Positions 18,415 to 28,000 are shown, numbered from the stretch's first letter. The stretch is 57,395 nt of DNA from Schleiferiaceae bacterium (GCA_029248145.1 JAQWJX010000061.1:1-57395), one strand, 5' to 3'. Made by a program: numbers and translations. The notes: a model not told the origin generated them from the letters alone.

Positions 18415-18921
18415 TTAGTGACGCTGGTCGGCAAGCTTTTCCATCATCTTTTTACGGGCTAAGAAGATACGAGATTTAACGGTCCCTAGAGGAATATTAA
18501 AATGCTCAGCTATTTCCTCATATTTAAAGCCTTCGTAGTGCATGAAAAATGCTTCTGTGTAATGCTTCTCTATGGTACCAATTTGATCCATTATGTACTG
18601 GTTGTCAACGTTGGCATCCGTTAAGGTAGTTTTACCTGCCTCTCTAGAATTTAAAAAGAATTGCCCCTCCGTTTCATCCACAAACGTGTTTTGTTGCTTC
18701 TTGCGGCGATAGTTATTAATGAATGTATTCTTCATTATAGTATATAACCATCCCTTTAGGTTGGTACCGGTAGCAAACTTGTCTTTATTCTTCAGGGCTT
18801 TGTAATACGTATCTTGAAGAAGGTCGTCAGCATCATCACGTCGCTTGGTTAGCTTCATAGCTAGTTGACTAAGGAAGTCGTGCTCGCGATCAATGAGTAA
18901 TCCAAATTCAGCAGTTGACAT
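18415..18921 (-). CDS. ECF-type RNA polymerase sigma-70 factor (LitS/CarQ-like by context)
   Basis: Region 2 LLQDTYYKALKN...WLYTIMKNTFINNYRR. Region 4 YEEIAEHFNIPLGTVKSRIFLARKKM. I chose the ATG at 18919-18921 because the track start at 18960 is TTG. Confidence 0.85.
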   Translation of the reverse strand: MSTAEFGLLIDREHDFLSQLAMKLTKRRDDADDLLQDTYYKALKNKDKFATGTNLKGWLYTIMKNTFINNYRRKKQQNTFVDETEGQFFLNSREAGKTTLTDANVDNQYIMDQIGTIEKHYTEAFFMHYEGFKYEEIAEHFNIPLGTVKSRIFLARKKMMEKLADQRH

Positions 18922-18928
18922 AATACAA

Positions 18929-18960
18929 TTGTTTAACGTTTGTTTGGTAAAGTTAAACAA
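18929..18960. promoter_or_regulatory. 9-bp perfect inverted repeat TTGTTTAAC-N14-GTTAAACAA immediately upstream of the ECF sigma ATG
   Basis: Read directly from the plus strand at 18929-18937 and 18952-18960. Flanked by the ACAATTGT / ACAATTTGT palindromes at 18925-18932 and 18970-18978. Confidence 0.35.
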
Positions 18961-19017
18961 CGTGTTTGAACAATTTGTATAATCTTTTGAGAAATTTATT
19001 AAACAAAGTGAAGTTTT

Positions 19018-19905
19018 TTAAGACAACCCTTCGCTCAATTCCTTTAAAGTCCCGTAAATGTTGACGTTGGTGAATTCGCGCTCAGGCGAAAATTCCGAAA
19101 AAATATACCCTGTTAGGTGTACTTGGATGCCTTTATGAACAATAAGTTCCTCTAATTCGTCCAAATAATTAGCCAATTCTGGCAATTCTGGATGCGTAGT
19201 AAAACTACTAATGAGGTGATCGACAGGCTGATTATCTAATAAATCGGTTAAATACTCTTTAGGGAGACTCTGTCCTAAATAATATACTTGCTCTCCCCTT
19301 TCTTTCAAGATGTAAGCGAGGTACAAGACTCCAATCTCATGCAATTCATTCGCAGGAAGAAAAATAGCATATTTACCGTTATTCTCGTTCGCAATAGCCG
19401 GTAGGGCATCAATGGCAGCATATATTTTTTGCCGTATCAACGATGAAACAAAATGTTCTTGAGAAATACCCACGCTTCCTGAAAGCCAAAGCTTACCCAA
19501 TTCTTGTATGTAATCCCCGATTACATCTCTATACGTCGCATGTACCCCGTATTTATCTATACAATGGTCCATTATCGCTTCGAATCTCTTTATATCAAAG
19601 CCTAGCGTGGCCAATTTGAGCTCATTTAACTCATAAGTAAAGTTACCCTCGTATGGACTCGCTTCTAAGGCGAGGTCCGCTAACTCATCTGGGGAGTGTT
19701 TTGATATCTTACCAATCTTCCATCCAGCACCGAGAAGCACGGATGTGTTTAGAATTACGCGCAAATCGTGGTCGCCGTAATAACGTATGTTCGTTGCAGT
19801 CCGTTTAGGCTCTATAAGCTTGTACCGTTGCTCCCATGCACGTATCGTGTGAGCCTTGATACCACTTAGTTGTTCCAAATCTTTGATTGAATACTTACTT
19901 TCCAC
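19018..19905 (-). CDS. MerR-family regulator with a C-terminal B12-binding domain (CarH/LitR-type light sensor)
   Basis: HTH YSIKDLEQLSGIKAHTIRAWEQRY. W-x9-E-H motif WLSGSVGISQEH. Lower-ligand motif E-x-H-x-x-G (ELHEIG). GTG start. Confidence 0.85.
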   Translation of the reverse strand: MESKYSIKDLEQLSGIKAHTIRAWEQRYKLIEPKRTATNIRYYGDHDLRVILNTSVLLGAGWKIGKISKHSPDELADLALEASPYEGNFTYELNELKLATLGFDIKRFEAIMDHCIDKYGVHATYRDVIGDYIQELGKLWLSGSVGISQEHFVSSLIRQKIYAAIDALPAIANENNGKYAIFLPANELHEIGVLYLAYILKERGEQVYYLGQSLPKEYLTDLLDNQPVDHLISSFTTHPELPELANYLDELEELIVHKGIQVHLTGYIFSEFSPEREFTNVNIYGTLKELSEGLS

Positions 19906-19993
19906 AACATGCTAACCTTAGAAAAGATATATTGTTTAACAAAAACAGTGCGAGTATAATAAATAACCACTAAATCCTCGAAGAAACCTTTGG

Positions 19994-20001
19994 TATATTT
20001 G
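19994..20001 (+). promoter_or_regulatory. Candidate -7 promoter box TATATTTG for prfC
   Basis: Matches TAnnTTTG 18 nt upstream of the ATG at 20020. Confidence 0.4.
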
Positions 20002-20019
20002 CCGTTCAAAAACCTGAAC

Positions 20020-21600
20020 ATGGCCTTCGAAAAAGAAATTAGAAAGCGCAGAACCTTCGGTATCATTTCCCACCCTGATGCTGGGAAGACTACTTTAACG
20101 GAAAAACTATTGCTTTTTGGAGGTGCAATCCAGGAAGCGGGAGCCGTTAAAAGTAATAAGGTCAAAAAAGCGGCTACCTCTGATTTCATGGAGATTGAAA
20201 AGCAGCGCGGTATATCCGTTGCAACCTCCGTCATGGGGTTTTACTATAAGGATAAGAAAATCAACATTCTTGATACACCCGGTCACCAGGATTTTGCTGA
20301 GGATACCTACCGTACCCTCACAGCCTGTGATAGCGTTATTGTTGTTATTGATGTTGCAAAAGGTGTAGAAGCGCAGACGGAAAAATTGGTAAAGGTTTGT
20401 CGCATGCGCGACACTCCTATTATAGTTTTTATCAATAAACTAGACCGTGAGGGGAAAGACGGATTTGATCTCCTAGATGAAGTTGAGCAAAAATTAGGGT
20501 TAACCTTGTGTCCACTGTCTTGGCCTGTTGGTATGGGGCAACGCTTTCAGGGGGTATACAATATGTGGGAGAAGAATCTCCATTTGTATTCAGGTGATAA
20601 CAAACAAAAGATTTCCGAGGGTACTTCTGTAGAAGACATTAATGACCCTATGCTGGAACAGCGAGTAGGCGATGAAGCTGCGCTCGAGCTAAGAAATGAT
20701 CTTGAATTACTCGAAGCTGTATATCCGCAGTTTGATCATGATGCTTATTTACAGGGAGCTCAATGTCCTGTGTTTTTTGGTTCGGCATTAAATAACTTCG
20801 GTGTACGCGAACTTTTAGATTGCTTTCAAGAAATCGCTCCCGAACCTCAAGCGAAGGAAGCCGAAGAACGTATTGTGGAGCCTAATGAAAACCAATTTTC
20901 AGGATTCGTATTTAAGATTCACGCCAATATTGATCCGAATCATCGCAATAGAATTGCCTTCTTAAAGGTCGTTAGCGGGAAATTTGAGCGAAATAAGACA
21001 TACGTACATACAAGAACAGGCAAAACTTTTAGAGTAAGTGCTCCTACTGCATTCATGGCCTCAAAGAAGAGTACGATAGAAGAAGCATTTCCTGGAGATA
21101 TTATTGGCATCCCGGATAACGGCTCATTCAGGATAGGCGACACAATGTCTGAAAAGGAGTCCTTACATTATATGGGTATTCCTTCATTCTCCCCGGAACA
21201 CTTTAGGTTTATCAATAATGCCGACCCCTTAAAGGCCAAGCAACTGAATAAGGGGGTTGACCAATTGATGGACGAAGGCGTTGCGCAACTTTTCACTTTG
21301 AAACAGAATAATCGAAAAATTATAGGAACTGTTGGTGCGCTTCAATATGAGGTTATTCAATATCGTTTAGAGCACGAATACAATGCCAAATGTACCTATG
21401 AGAACTTCCCTGCCTTTAAAGCCTGTTGGATCGAGAGTCACGACGATGCGCAACTTCAAGAGTTTAGTATCCTAAAGCAGCGCTACCTGGCTGAAGATAA
21501 ATTCGGTCGGCTTGTATTTTTAGCGGATTCTCAATTTTCGCTTCAAATGGCTCAGGATAAATTTGACAAGATCACCTTCCATTTAAAAAGCGAGTTTTAA
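20020..21600 (+). CDS. prfC: Peptide chain release factor 3
   Basis: G-domain RRTFGIISHPDAGKTTLTEKLLLFGGAIQEAG, DTPGHQDF, NKLD. I chose the ATG at 20020 because the track start at 19990 is TTG. Confidence 0.95.
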   Translation: MAFEKEIRKRRTFGIISHPDAGKTTLTEKLLLFGGAIQEAGAVKSNKVKKAATSDFMEIEKQRGISVATSVMGFYYKDKKINILDTPGHQDFAEDTYRTLTACDSVIVVIDVAKGVEAQTEKLVKVCRMRDTPIIVFINKLDREGKDGFDLLDEVEQKLGLTLCPLSWPVGMGQRFQGVYNMWEKNLHLYSGDNKQKISEGTSVEDINDPMLEQRVGDEAALELRNDLELLEAVYPQFDHDAYLQGAQCPVFFGSALNNFGVRELLDCFQEIAPEPQAKEAEERIVEPNENQFSGFVFKIHANIDPNHRNRIAFLKVVSGKFERNKTYVHTRTGKTFRVSAPTAFMASKKSTIEEAFPGDIIGIPDNGSFRIGDTMSEKESLHYMGIPSFSPEHFRFINNADPLKAKQLNKGVDQLMDEGVAQLFTLKQNNRKIIGTVGALQYEVIQYRLEHEYNAKCTYENFPAFKACWIESHDDAQLQEFSILKQRYLAEDKFGRLVFLADSQFSLQMAQDKFDKITFHLKSEF

Positions 21601-22971
21601 ATGAGTCACATCATTAATTACCGGTTGAACCAATTTTCTTGGGCCATCGCTGCGGTACTCCTTTTGCCATTGCTTTTCACACAAGGAATGTTCTTCGATG
21701 GATTAACCTTCGCTTCTATTGCAAGAAATTTAAACGAAGGTGTGGGTCAGTTTTGGTCACCTCAATACACCCCTTTTGTTCATCCTGAGTACTTCGAACA
21801 TCCCCCGTTCTCATTTGCAATACATTCCGTTTTCTATAGACTGTTTGGAGATCAAGCGTGGGTAGATCGCTTTTACGCATATACCCTCTACGGATTTAGT
21901 ATTTTAATGATACGCCGGATTTGGGCTTTACTTATTCCATCGGCACATAGAAGCTGGATACCGCAGTTGCTTTGGACACTTACACCTTCTGTATTATGGG
22001 TACACCAAAACAACCTTTTGGAAGCACCTTTAAATGCAGCAGTTTTAGCGGTAGTATGGCTACTCATTGAAGGTACATGGAAAAAGAATTACCTCTGGAG
22101 TGCATTGGCTGGGGTGTTGTTTTTTCTTGCTCTAGGCATTAAAGGACCTGTGGCGCTTTTTCCGCTAATGGTGCTGCCTTTTGTTGCAGTGTTATTCAAA
22201 GAATTTAGAGCGAATGCACTGATTTCAATGGTGGTCATGGTATTGAGCAGCAGCGTTCTTTTTAGCTATTTCTATACCTATGAGCCTGACTTTGCAAAAT
22301 TCTTTGAAGGTTATATTAATCAACAACTATTGCCTTCATTGCGTGGACTCAGAGGGGCCGAGAGTTCGGTGTTTTTAAGTTTAGGTGAACTGGCAAAACA
22401 ATTAGTACTTCCAGTTTTGGTTTTGATTGTTCTGGCTTGGAGACGCGGTAGAAGCTATCCTTTACGCAGAGAAAGTATCTTAATGTTCTGTATTGCCTTT
22501 AGCGCAACCGTCCCCTTCCTGTTCTTACACCGCCAGGAGCACTACTATTTCATGCCTTCTATGGCATTTTGGATGCTTGCCTTTGGTATGCTTTATGAAC
22601 AAGCGCCATGGCCTTGGGGTATTAATCGTAAAAGGTGGGTGAAGTATATTTCATTGATGAATTTGGGATTATGGTCTATTGCCATCATTCTTACCCTCTA
22701 TTTCAGCAAGTCTCCATCACGAGATAAGCATACCATCAAGGCGTACAGTAGTATCGCGAACGACCTAGATCTACAGGTCATTCAGGTATATGATTTGAAT
22801 GAATTCTGGAAGGATAATGCGATTGCATCTAGATACAATAAGCTTTATCTAACTGAAAATGAGCAGCCCTATCTAATCACACGTTTAAATTACCCCGCGC
22901 CTCAAGGTTTTACTGTAGAGATGGTCTTCGAAAAAGCAGAACTTGTGCTGTACAAAAAAGCCACTCCCTAG
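21601..22971 (+). CDS. Polytopic membrane protein, ArnT/PMT-like (GT39/GT83-type) glycosyltransferase candidate
   Basis: About 11 hydrophobic segments. N-terminal loop FFDGLTFASIARNL resembles the PMT_2/ArnT family. The assignment is tentative. Confidence 0.45.
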   Translation: MSHIINYRLNQFSWAIAAVLLLPLLFTQGMFFDGLTFASIARNLNEGVGQFWSPQYTPFVHPEYFEHPPFSFAIHSVFYRLFGDQAWVDRFYAYTLYGFSILMIRRIWALLIPSAHRSWIPQLLWTLTPSVLWVHQNNLLEAPLNAAVLAVVWLLIEGTWKKNYLWSALAGVLFFLALGIKGPVALFPLMVLPFVAVLFKEFRANALISMVVMVLSSSVLFSYFYTYEPDFAKFFEGYINQQLLPSLRGLRGAESSVFLSLGELAKQLVLPVLVLIVLAWRRGRSYPLRRESILMFCIAFSATVPFLFLHRQEHYYFMPSMAFWMLAFGMLYEQAPWPWGINRKRWVKYISLMNLGLWSIAIILTLYFSKSPSRDKHTIKAYSSIANDLDLQVIQVYDLNEFWKDNAIASRYNKLYLTENEQPYLITRLNYPAPQGFTVEMVFEKAELVLYKKATP

Positions 22972-22987
22972 TTGGGAGTGGCTTTTG
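22954..22987. terminator. Bidirectional intrinsic terminator between the GT-like gene and fabI
   Basis: 9-bp stem GCCACTCCC (22960-22968) / GGGAGTGGC (22974-22982) with a 5-nt loop. Flanked by A6 upstream and T4 downstream. On the minus strand the hairpin is followed by T6. Confidence 0.7.
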
Positions 22988-23006
22988 ATATGAAAGAACG
23001 AGTAAG

Positions 23007-23837
23007 TTATTCTTCTTCTGGTTCTCCTTCCATGAATTGCGCCATCACTAGGTCGCTAACACCCATGTTAGAGAAGCCGCCATCATTATATAAATTTTGC
23101 ATTGTAACACGCTTCGTAAGATCGGAGAACATTGCTACAATGTAATTCGCGCAGTCTTCGGCAGTAGCGTTGCCTAGTGGCGACATTTTCTCTGCATAGG
23201 CTATAAATCCACCAAATCCTTTCACACCTGATCCCGCTGTAGTTGGTGTTGGACTCTGAGATATAGTATTAACGCGTACATTATTACGAACACCCCAGTG
23301 GTAACCAAAGCTGCGTGCAATACTTTCCAGGTAGCTCTTGTTATCCGCCATATCATTATAGTCAGGGAATGTGCGTTGTGCTGCCATATAGGTTAACCCT
23401 AAAATAGAACCCCATTCGCTCATTGCATCGTGGTTCCAAGCGCTTTGCATCACTTTATGAAAGCTAACAGCACTTACGTCCCAGCCTTTTTGGAGCCAAT
23501 CGTAGTTCAATTCTGTGTAGTGCTTCCCTTTGCGAACGTTTACACTCATCCCTATACTGTGAAGGATAAAATCAATTTTACCCCCGAAATGTTCCACAGC
23601 ACCGGTGATTAACTTATCCAGGTCCTCCATACTAGTGGCATCGGCCGCTATTATAGGGGCGTCAATTGCTTCAGCTAGATGGTTTAATTCGCCCATGCGC
23701 ATAGCTATAGGAGCATTAGTCAATACTACTTTTCCACCCTGCGCGTGGATTGCTTCTGCTGCTTTCCAAGCAATAGAATCTGCATTTAAAGCGCCAAATA
23801 CAATACCGCATTTGCCACTGAGTAATCCGTTTGACAT
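23007..23837 (-). CDS. fabI: Enoyl-[acyl-carrier-protein] reductase (NADH)
   Basis: SDR fold with N-terminal GKCGIVFGALNADSIAWKAAEA. The Y-x6-K region is in the MAAQRTFPDYNDMADNKSYLES block. Length is typical of FabI. Confidence 0.85.
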   Translation of the reverse strand: MSNGLLSGKCGIVFGALNADSIAWKAAEAIHAQGGKVVLTNAPIAMRMGELNHLAEAIDAPIIAADATSMEDLDKLITGAVEHFGGKIDFILHSIGMSVNVRKGKHYTELNYDWLQKGWDVSAVSFHKVMQSAWNHDAMSEWGSILGLTYMAAQRTFPDYNDMADNKSYLESIARSFGYHWGVRNNVRVNTISQSPTPTTAGSGVKGFGGFIAYAEKMSPLGNATAEDCANYIVAMFSDLTKRVTMQNLYNDGGFSNMGVSDLVMAQFMEGEPEEE

Positions 23838-23872
23838 ATTCTTGTGTTTGTTATAGACTGCTAAAATAGGTT

Positions 23873-25516
23873 TTACCTAGCTTTCAACAAGGCTTCTGCC
23901 TGATTCTTCGCCGCTTGAGTGATTTTAGCTCCGCTCAGCATTCGAGCAAGCTCGTCTAAACGTGATTCATCAGACAAAATAGTAACGCTACTTTCTGTAG
24001 TGGTATCCGTGGATGACTTGGAAATCAACCAGTGCGTATTGCCTTTAGACGCCACTTGAGGTAAATGAGTAATGGTTATAATTTGCTGATTTTTAGCTAA
24101 TTCAGACATGAGGTTGCCCACTTTTTCTGCGGTTGCACCACTTATACCCGTATCTATTTCATCAAAAACCTGACAACTTAAAGTGATGTGTTTACCTAAA
24201 GCTGCCTTCAGCGCTAATTTCACTCTACTTTGTTCTCCACCAGAAGCTACTTTATTCAATGGCTCAAGCGGGCTACCAGGATTTGCACTAAACATGAATA
24301 AGGGCTTATATAAACCTATAGATGCTGGGGCTTGCTCTTGCCACATCAACTCAATTTTCGCCTTTGGTAGATCTACATCGCTTAAATAAACGATAAGCGC
24401 ATTTTGAATGTATTGCGTGGACTCCAATCGTTTGGCATGAAGCTTAGTCCCAGCAGTTTTTAATGAACCCTCAAGCTTTATTTGTTCAGCTTGCAAATTC
24501 TTGAGTAAAGAATCTTTATCCTTAATAGATTTTATCTGAGTTCCTAGAGCATCAAATTTCGCTACCAAAGCATCCGCATCTAAAACGCGGTGTTTTCGTA
24601 TTAAACTATCTATTTGATGCTTTCTATCTATTAATGCATCTACATCAACGGTAAGTTCAGCGGCTGCTATGCTGTCTAGTATTTCACGCTCTATGGATTG
24701 TGTCTTTGAGATGATTACAAGCAATTTCTCTAATAATCCCTCTACAGATGCCTCGTTTGATGCGAGTCGAGCCAACTTTGACTCAACAGTAAATAATTGA
24801 TCTAAAAGTTGTGAATTGCCCCCAATGAGTTCTGCTAATTCATTGAATTGCTCGTTGAAGTCGCTAGCGTTTTTATTCAAACGAACCAATTCTTCAATCT
24901 CCTCGTATTCACCTTGTTTCACATTCACTTTATCTAGCTCATGGTATAAAAACTCGAGGTAATCCAAATCACTAGTATCGGCTTGTTCGATCAGTACCTT
25001 TTGTTTATTAAGAACGGCCATTAAAGTATCGTATATCCTACTGTACTCCTCACGCTCCACTTCAGCTAGAACAAAAGAATCAATCAATTCAATTTGTTTT
25101 ACAACATCGGTAAGTAATCCGGAATCACTCTGACTGTTAATATCGATAAATTGGCCTGCGAAATAAGCTAAATCGCTACTTTTAACTGGTGTATCGTTAA
25201 TAAATGCTCTCGACTTACCGCTAGGCAATAATTCGCGGCGAAAAACACTATGCGTATCATAGTCGATATCCTTTGATTGAAATTCAGCTTCTAGATATTT
25301 AGGTAAGACCAACTCTAGTTCAATAATGGCCTTAGTACTTTTATCTTTTAGCACTGCTTTTGCAGAAAGTCTTTGGCCTAAAGCAGCTTCGAGCGCCCCT
25401 AGTAAAATACTTTTACCAGCGCCTGTCTCACCCGTCATAGCAGTCATCCCTGAAAGTATAGGTAGATCCAACTGATCAATCAGTATAAAGTTCTGTATTC
25501 TAAGTCGCTTTAGCAT
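23873..25516 (-). CDS. recN: DNA repair protein RecN
   Basis: N-terminal LRIQNFILIDQLDL...MTGETGAGKSILLGAL, a long coiled coil, and C-terminal ASGGEQSRVKLALK...VFDEIDTGISG. Confidence 0.95.
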   Translation of the reverse strand: MLKRLRIQNFILIDQLDLPILSGMTAMTGETGAGKSILLGALEAALGQRLSAKAVLKDKSTKAIIELELVLPKYLEAEFQSKDIDYDTHSVFRRELLPSGKSRAFINDTPVKSSDLAYFAGQFIDINSQSDSGLLTDVVKQIELIDSFVLAEVEREEYSRIYDTLMAVLNKQKVLIEQADTSDLDYLEFLYHELDKVNVKQGEYEEIEELVRLNKNASDFNEQFNELAELIGGNSQLLDQLFTVESKLARLASNEASVEGLLEKLLVIISKTQSIEREILDSIAAAELTVDVDALIDRKHQIDSLIRKHRVLDADALVAKFDALGTQIKSIKDKDSLLKNLQAEQIKLEGSLKTAGTKLHAKRLESTQYIQNALIVYLSDVDLPKAKIELMWQEQAPASIGLYKPLFMFSANPGSPLEPLNKVASGGEQSRVKLALKAALGKHITLSCQVFDEIDTGISGATAEKVGNLMSELAKNQQIITITHLPQVASKGNTHWLISKSSTDTTTESSVTILSDESRLDELARMLSGAKITQAAKNQAEALLKAR

Positions 25517-26436
25517 TACTTTCCTCCTAATTCGCTGTAGCTGCTCGCGTGGGTGCGGTCCAATTCTTCTAAAGTAATCTGTAGCGTTTTTGTATCCACG
25601 CCGAGCGCAGCAGATTCGGAATAAAGGGATAAAATCTCTGTATTCTTTGCGTCGAAGAACAGGTTCAATAAATAACTATTCGGACGCTTTTGATTGGGTC
25701 CTTCCAGTGCTTTCAAACTAGAAGCAATCGTCTCTAAAGACTGCTTATGATTCTCTGCTAGATACATACGATCTAATCCCTGTCTGTGGTACATATATAA
25801 GGTGGTTTTCACGGGCTCAAAAACGGGGCTCATCAAAGCATCTGTGATCCAGAACCTGTTTTTAGTACCATCAAAACTTTTCCATCCACTTGCGCCACCG
25901 CTGCTTTGCGCTGTCGTAACTATGTTCTGTGCTATTGCAAATTCATCATCTCCACCGTTTGCTTTAAACGTGCAACGGTCTAGACCGATGATGGTGTAGG
26001 CATAAAAAGCCAAGATAGAGCTGAGATTGGTGGTATAGGTATTCTGTTGAAAGTCTATGGGTTCATTTTCTTGGTAGCTAAAGACAACGTCTTTATCTAG
26101 CACTTTAAATACAGGAGAATTGTAATTGCTATTATATACAGGTCTAGAATACTGCACTTGCATAGTGGCATCAAACCTGTTCCCGCTCAAACTATTAACG
26201 GTCATAATATAGTTACATTCGATGCGCTCTTCGTCGCTGTATTTATGATCTGTAAAGGCATAACCATTGAGAAAATTTTCCATAGACGTTTCAAGGGTTT
26301 GGAAAATATCCTTGTTAGTCGCTTGCACTTCTGGGCTTAGAACTTTAACCGTAGCACGAAGTTCTTGTCCCATACTTTGAAGGGAGATTAATGTAAATAG
26401 GATAACAAGTGTGAGGATGCTCTTTTTCATACCCAT
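25516..26436 (-). CDS. DUF4835-family secreted protein (I recall some databases labelling this family T9SS PorD; unverified)
   Basis: Signal peptide. Position directly upstream of recN is as in many Bacteroidota. The family call is from memory of that conserved context, not from a catalytic motif. Confidence 0.55.
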   Translation of the reverse strand: MGMKKSILTLVILFTLISLQSMGQELRATVKVLSPEVQATNKDIFQTLETSMENFLNGYAFTDHKYSDEERIECNYIMTVNSLSGNRFDATMQVQYSRPVYNSNYNSPVFKVLDKDVVFSYQENEPIDFQQNTYTTNLSSILAFYAYTIIGLDRCTFKANGGDDEFAIAQNIVTTAQSSGGASGWKSFDGTKNRFWITDALMSPVFEPVKTTLYMYHRQGLDRMYLAENHKQSLETIASSLKALEGPNQKRPNSYLLNLFFDAKNTEILSLYSESAALGVDTKTLQITLEELDRTHASSYSELGGK

Positions 26437-27656
26437 TCAAATTTGTTGAGTACCGCATTGAGCAGTTGATGACCTAATTCACTTTTATCAAGGAGCGGAA
26501 AGGATTGCTGCTCTCCGTCTTGGTAAAATACTTCTACGGCATTGGTGTTTGATTCGAATCCAGTTGTCGAGCTTAATGTATTTAACACGATAGCATCTGC
26601 ATTTTTCTTCACCAACTTATCCTTCGCATATCCTACTCCGTCATTTGTTTCTAACGCAAAGCCTACCAGTTTTTGATTCCTTTTCTTGGCCTTTCCCAAG
26701 GTTGCGAGAATATCTGGCGTTTCTTCAAGGTCAATAGTCATGCTCCCCATGATAGTGGTCTTCTTTAGTTTCTTGTCCGCAGTAGTCGTTGGGACAAAAT
26801 CGCTCACGGCTGCCGTACATATAGTTAAAACGGAAGATGGATAATATTCTTGCATGGCTGTTAACATCTCTTTTGCGCTAACAACGCGAACCACGTTCAG
26901 ACCACTCAAGTCTAATGGGTAATGTGTAGGTCCTAAAACCACCGTGACCGATGCACCTAAAGAGCGTGCTGCCTGGGCTAAGGCCATGCCCATTTGACCG
27001 GTACTATTGTTACCCAGATACCGAACAGGATCGATGTGCTCATGAGTTGGACCAGCATTAATGAGGACATTCTTACCGTGTAAGGGAAGTTGTTTCAAAA
27101 GTTGCGCCGAAATAAATTGACAAATGGCCTCAGGCTCTGCCATTCGTCCCTGTCCTACTAGCCCACTGGCTAATTCACCATGCTCCGCAGGTATCACGGT
27201 TACACCTCTCTTGGTTAACTCTTCAAGGTTAGCACGAGTAGCTTCATTTTTATACATGTCCAGATCCATAGCAGGAGCAACATAAACGGGACACTTTGCA
27301 CTCATGTAAACTGCAGAGAGCAAATCATCGCAAGCTCCTGTGACCAGTTTTGAAAGTGTATTGCTTGAAGCAGGTGCGATAATCATCAGATCAGCCCATA
27401 GACCGAGGTCTACATGGTTGTTCCATACCCCATATTTTTCCTCTTCTTCGTCGAGAAAAGTACTGTACACAGGACGTGTACTCAGGGTAGAAAGCGTTAA
27501 TGGGGTGATGAAATCCTTTGCAGCAGTGGTCATCACTACCTGAACTTCAGCACCCCATTTTATGAGTTCACGAACTAAAAAGGCGCTCTTGTACGCTGCA
27601 ATACTACCGGAAACTCCAAGCAGCACCTTTCGCTGGTACAAAGGCCCAATTTCCAC
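26427..27656 (-). CDS. coaBC: Bifunctional phosphopantothenoylcysteine decarboxylase / phosphopantothenate-cysteine ligase
   Basis: Flavoprotein domain VLLGVSGSIAAYK. CoaB domain NAGPTHEHIDPVRYLGNNSTGQMG. GTG start. Confidence 0.95.
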   Translation of the reverse strand: MEIGPLYQRKVLLGVSGSIAAYKSAFLVRELIKWGAEVQVVMTTAAKDFITPLTLSTLSTRPVYSTFLDEEEEKYGVWNNHVDLGLWADLMIIAPASSNTLSKLVTGACDDLLSAVYMSAKCPVYVAPAMDLDMYKNEATRANLEELTKRGVTVIPAEHGELASGLVGQGRMAEPEAICQFISAQLLKQLPLHGKNVLINAGPTHEHIDPVRYLGNNSTGQMGMALAQAARSLGASVTVVLGPTHYPLDLSGLNVVRVVSAKEMLTAMQEYYPSSVLTICTAAVSDFVPTTTADKKLKKTTIMGSMTIDLEETPDILATLGKAKKRNQKLVGFALETNDGVGYAKDKLVKKNADAIVLNTLSSTTGFESNTNAVEVFYQDGEQQSFPLLDKSELGHQLLNAVLNKFEWV

Positions 27657-27659
27657 GTT

Positions 27660-27986
27660 CTATTTCTCTTCTTCGTTTTCTTTGCGGTAGTAGATACGAT
27701 CTTCTAACCACTCTTGCAGCGCCATTGCAGTTGGCTTTGGCAAACTTTCGTAGAACTTACTGACTTCAATTTGCTCCTTATTTTCAAAAATCTCTTCTAG
27801 AGATTCTGTAGAAGAAGCAAACTCCTGAAGTTTTGCGTGCAACTCTTCGCGCGTAATGTCATTTATTTGTTCCGCACGTTTTGAAATAATAGTCAATGCT
27901 TCATAGATATTATCCGTAGGTGCATCAATCGCATTGGTGTTGTGCGTGCGGGTGTTCTTGTCCGCTTGCATTTTTTTATAATCCAT
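27660..27986 (-). CDS. rpoZ: DNA-directed RNA polymerase subunit omega (Bacteroidota long form)
   Basis: NIYEALTIISKRAEQIN core and the conserved tail EQIEVSKFYESLPKPTAMALQEWL. Lies between coaBC and bamD. Confidence 0.7.
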   Translation of the reverse strand: MDYKKMQADKNTRTHNTNAIDAPTDNIYEALTIISKRAEQINDITREELHAKLQEFASSTESLEEIFENKEQIEVSKFYESLPKPTAMALQEWLEDRIYYRKENEEEK

Positions 27987-28000
27987 AGGAAATCAGGAAT

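Noticed and set aside
18922-18960. ORF-track N-terminal extensions that begin on TTG/GTG (sigma 18960, prfC 19990, ribD 33186, thioesterase 36890, dnaA 37009, folE 15185, prmC 33260, mnmA 53312)
   Set aside because: In each case an in-frame ATG further in gives a canonical family N-terminus. It also removes an overlap or restores a promoter-bearing spacer.
19866-20234. 122-aa minus-strand ORF covering the MerR/prfC spacer and the prfC G-domain
   Set aside because: It is antisense to the most conserved part of prfC. Its N-terminal part is a mirror of the GTPase motifs.
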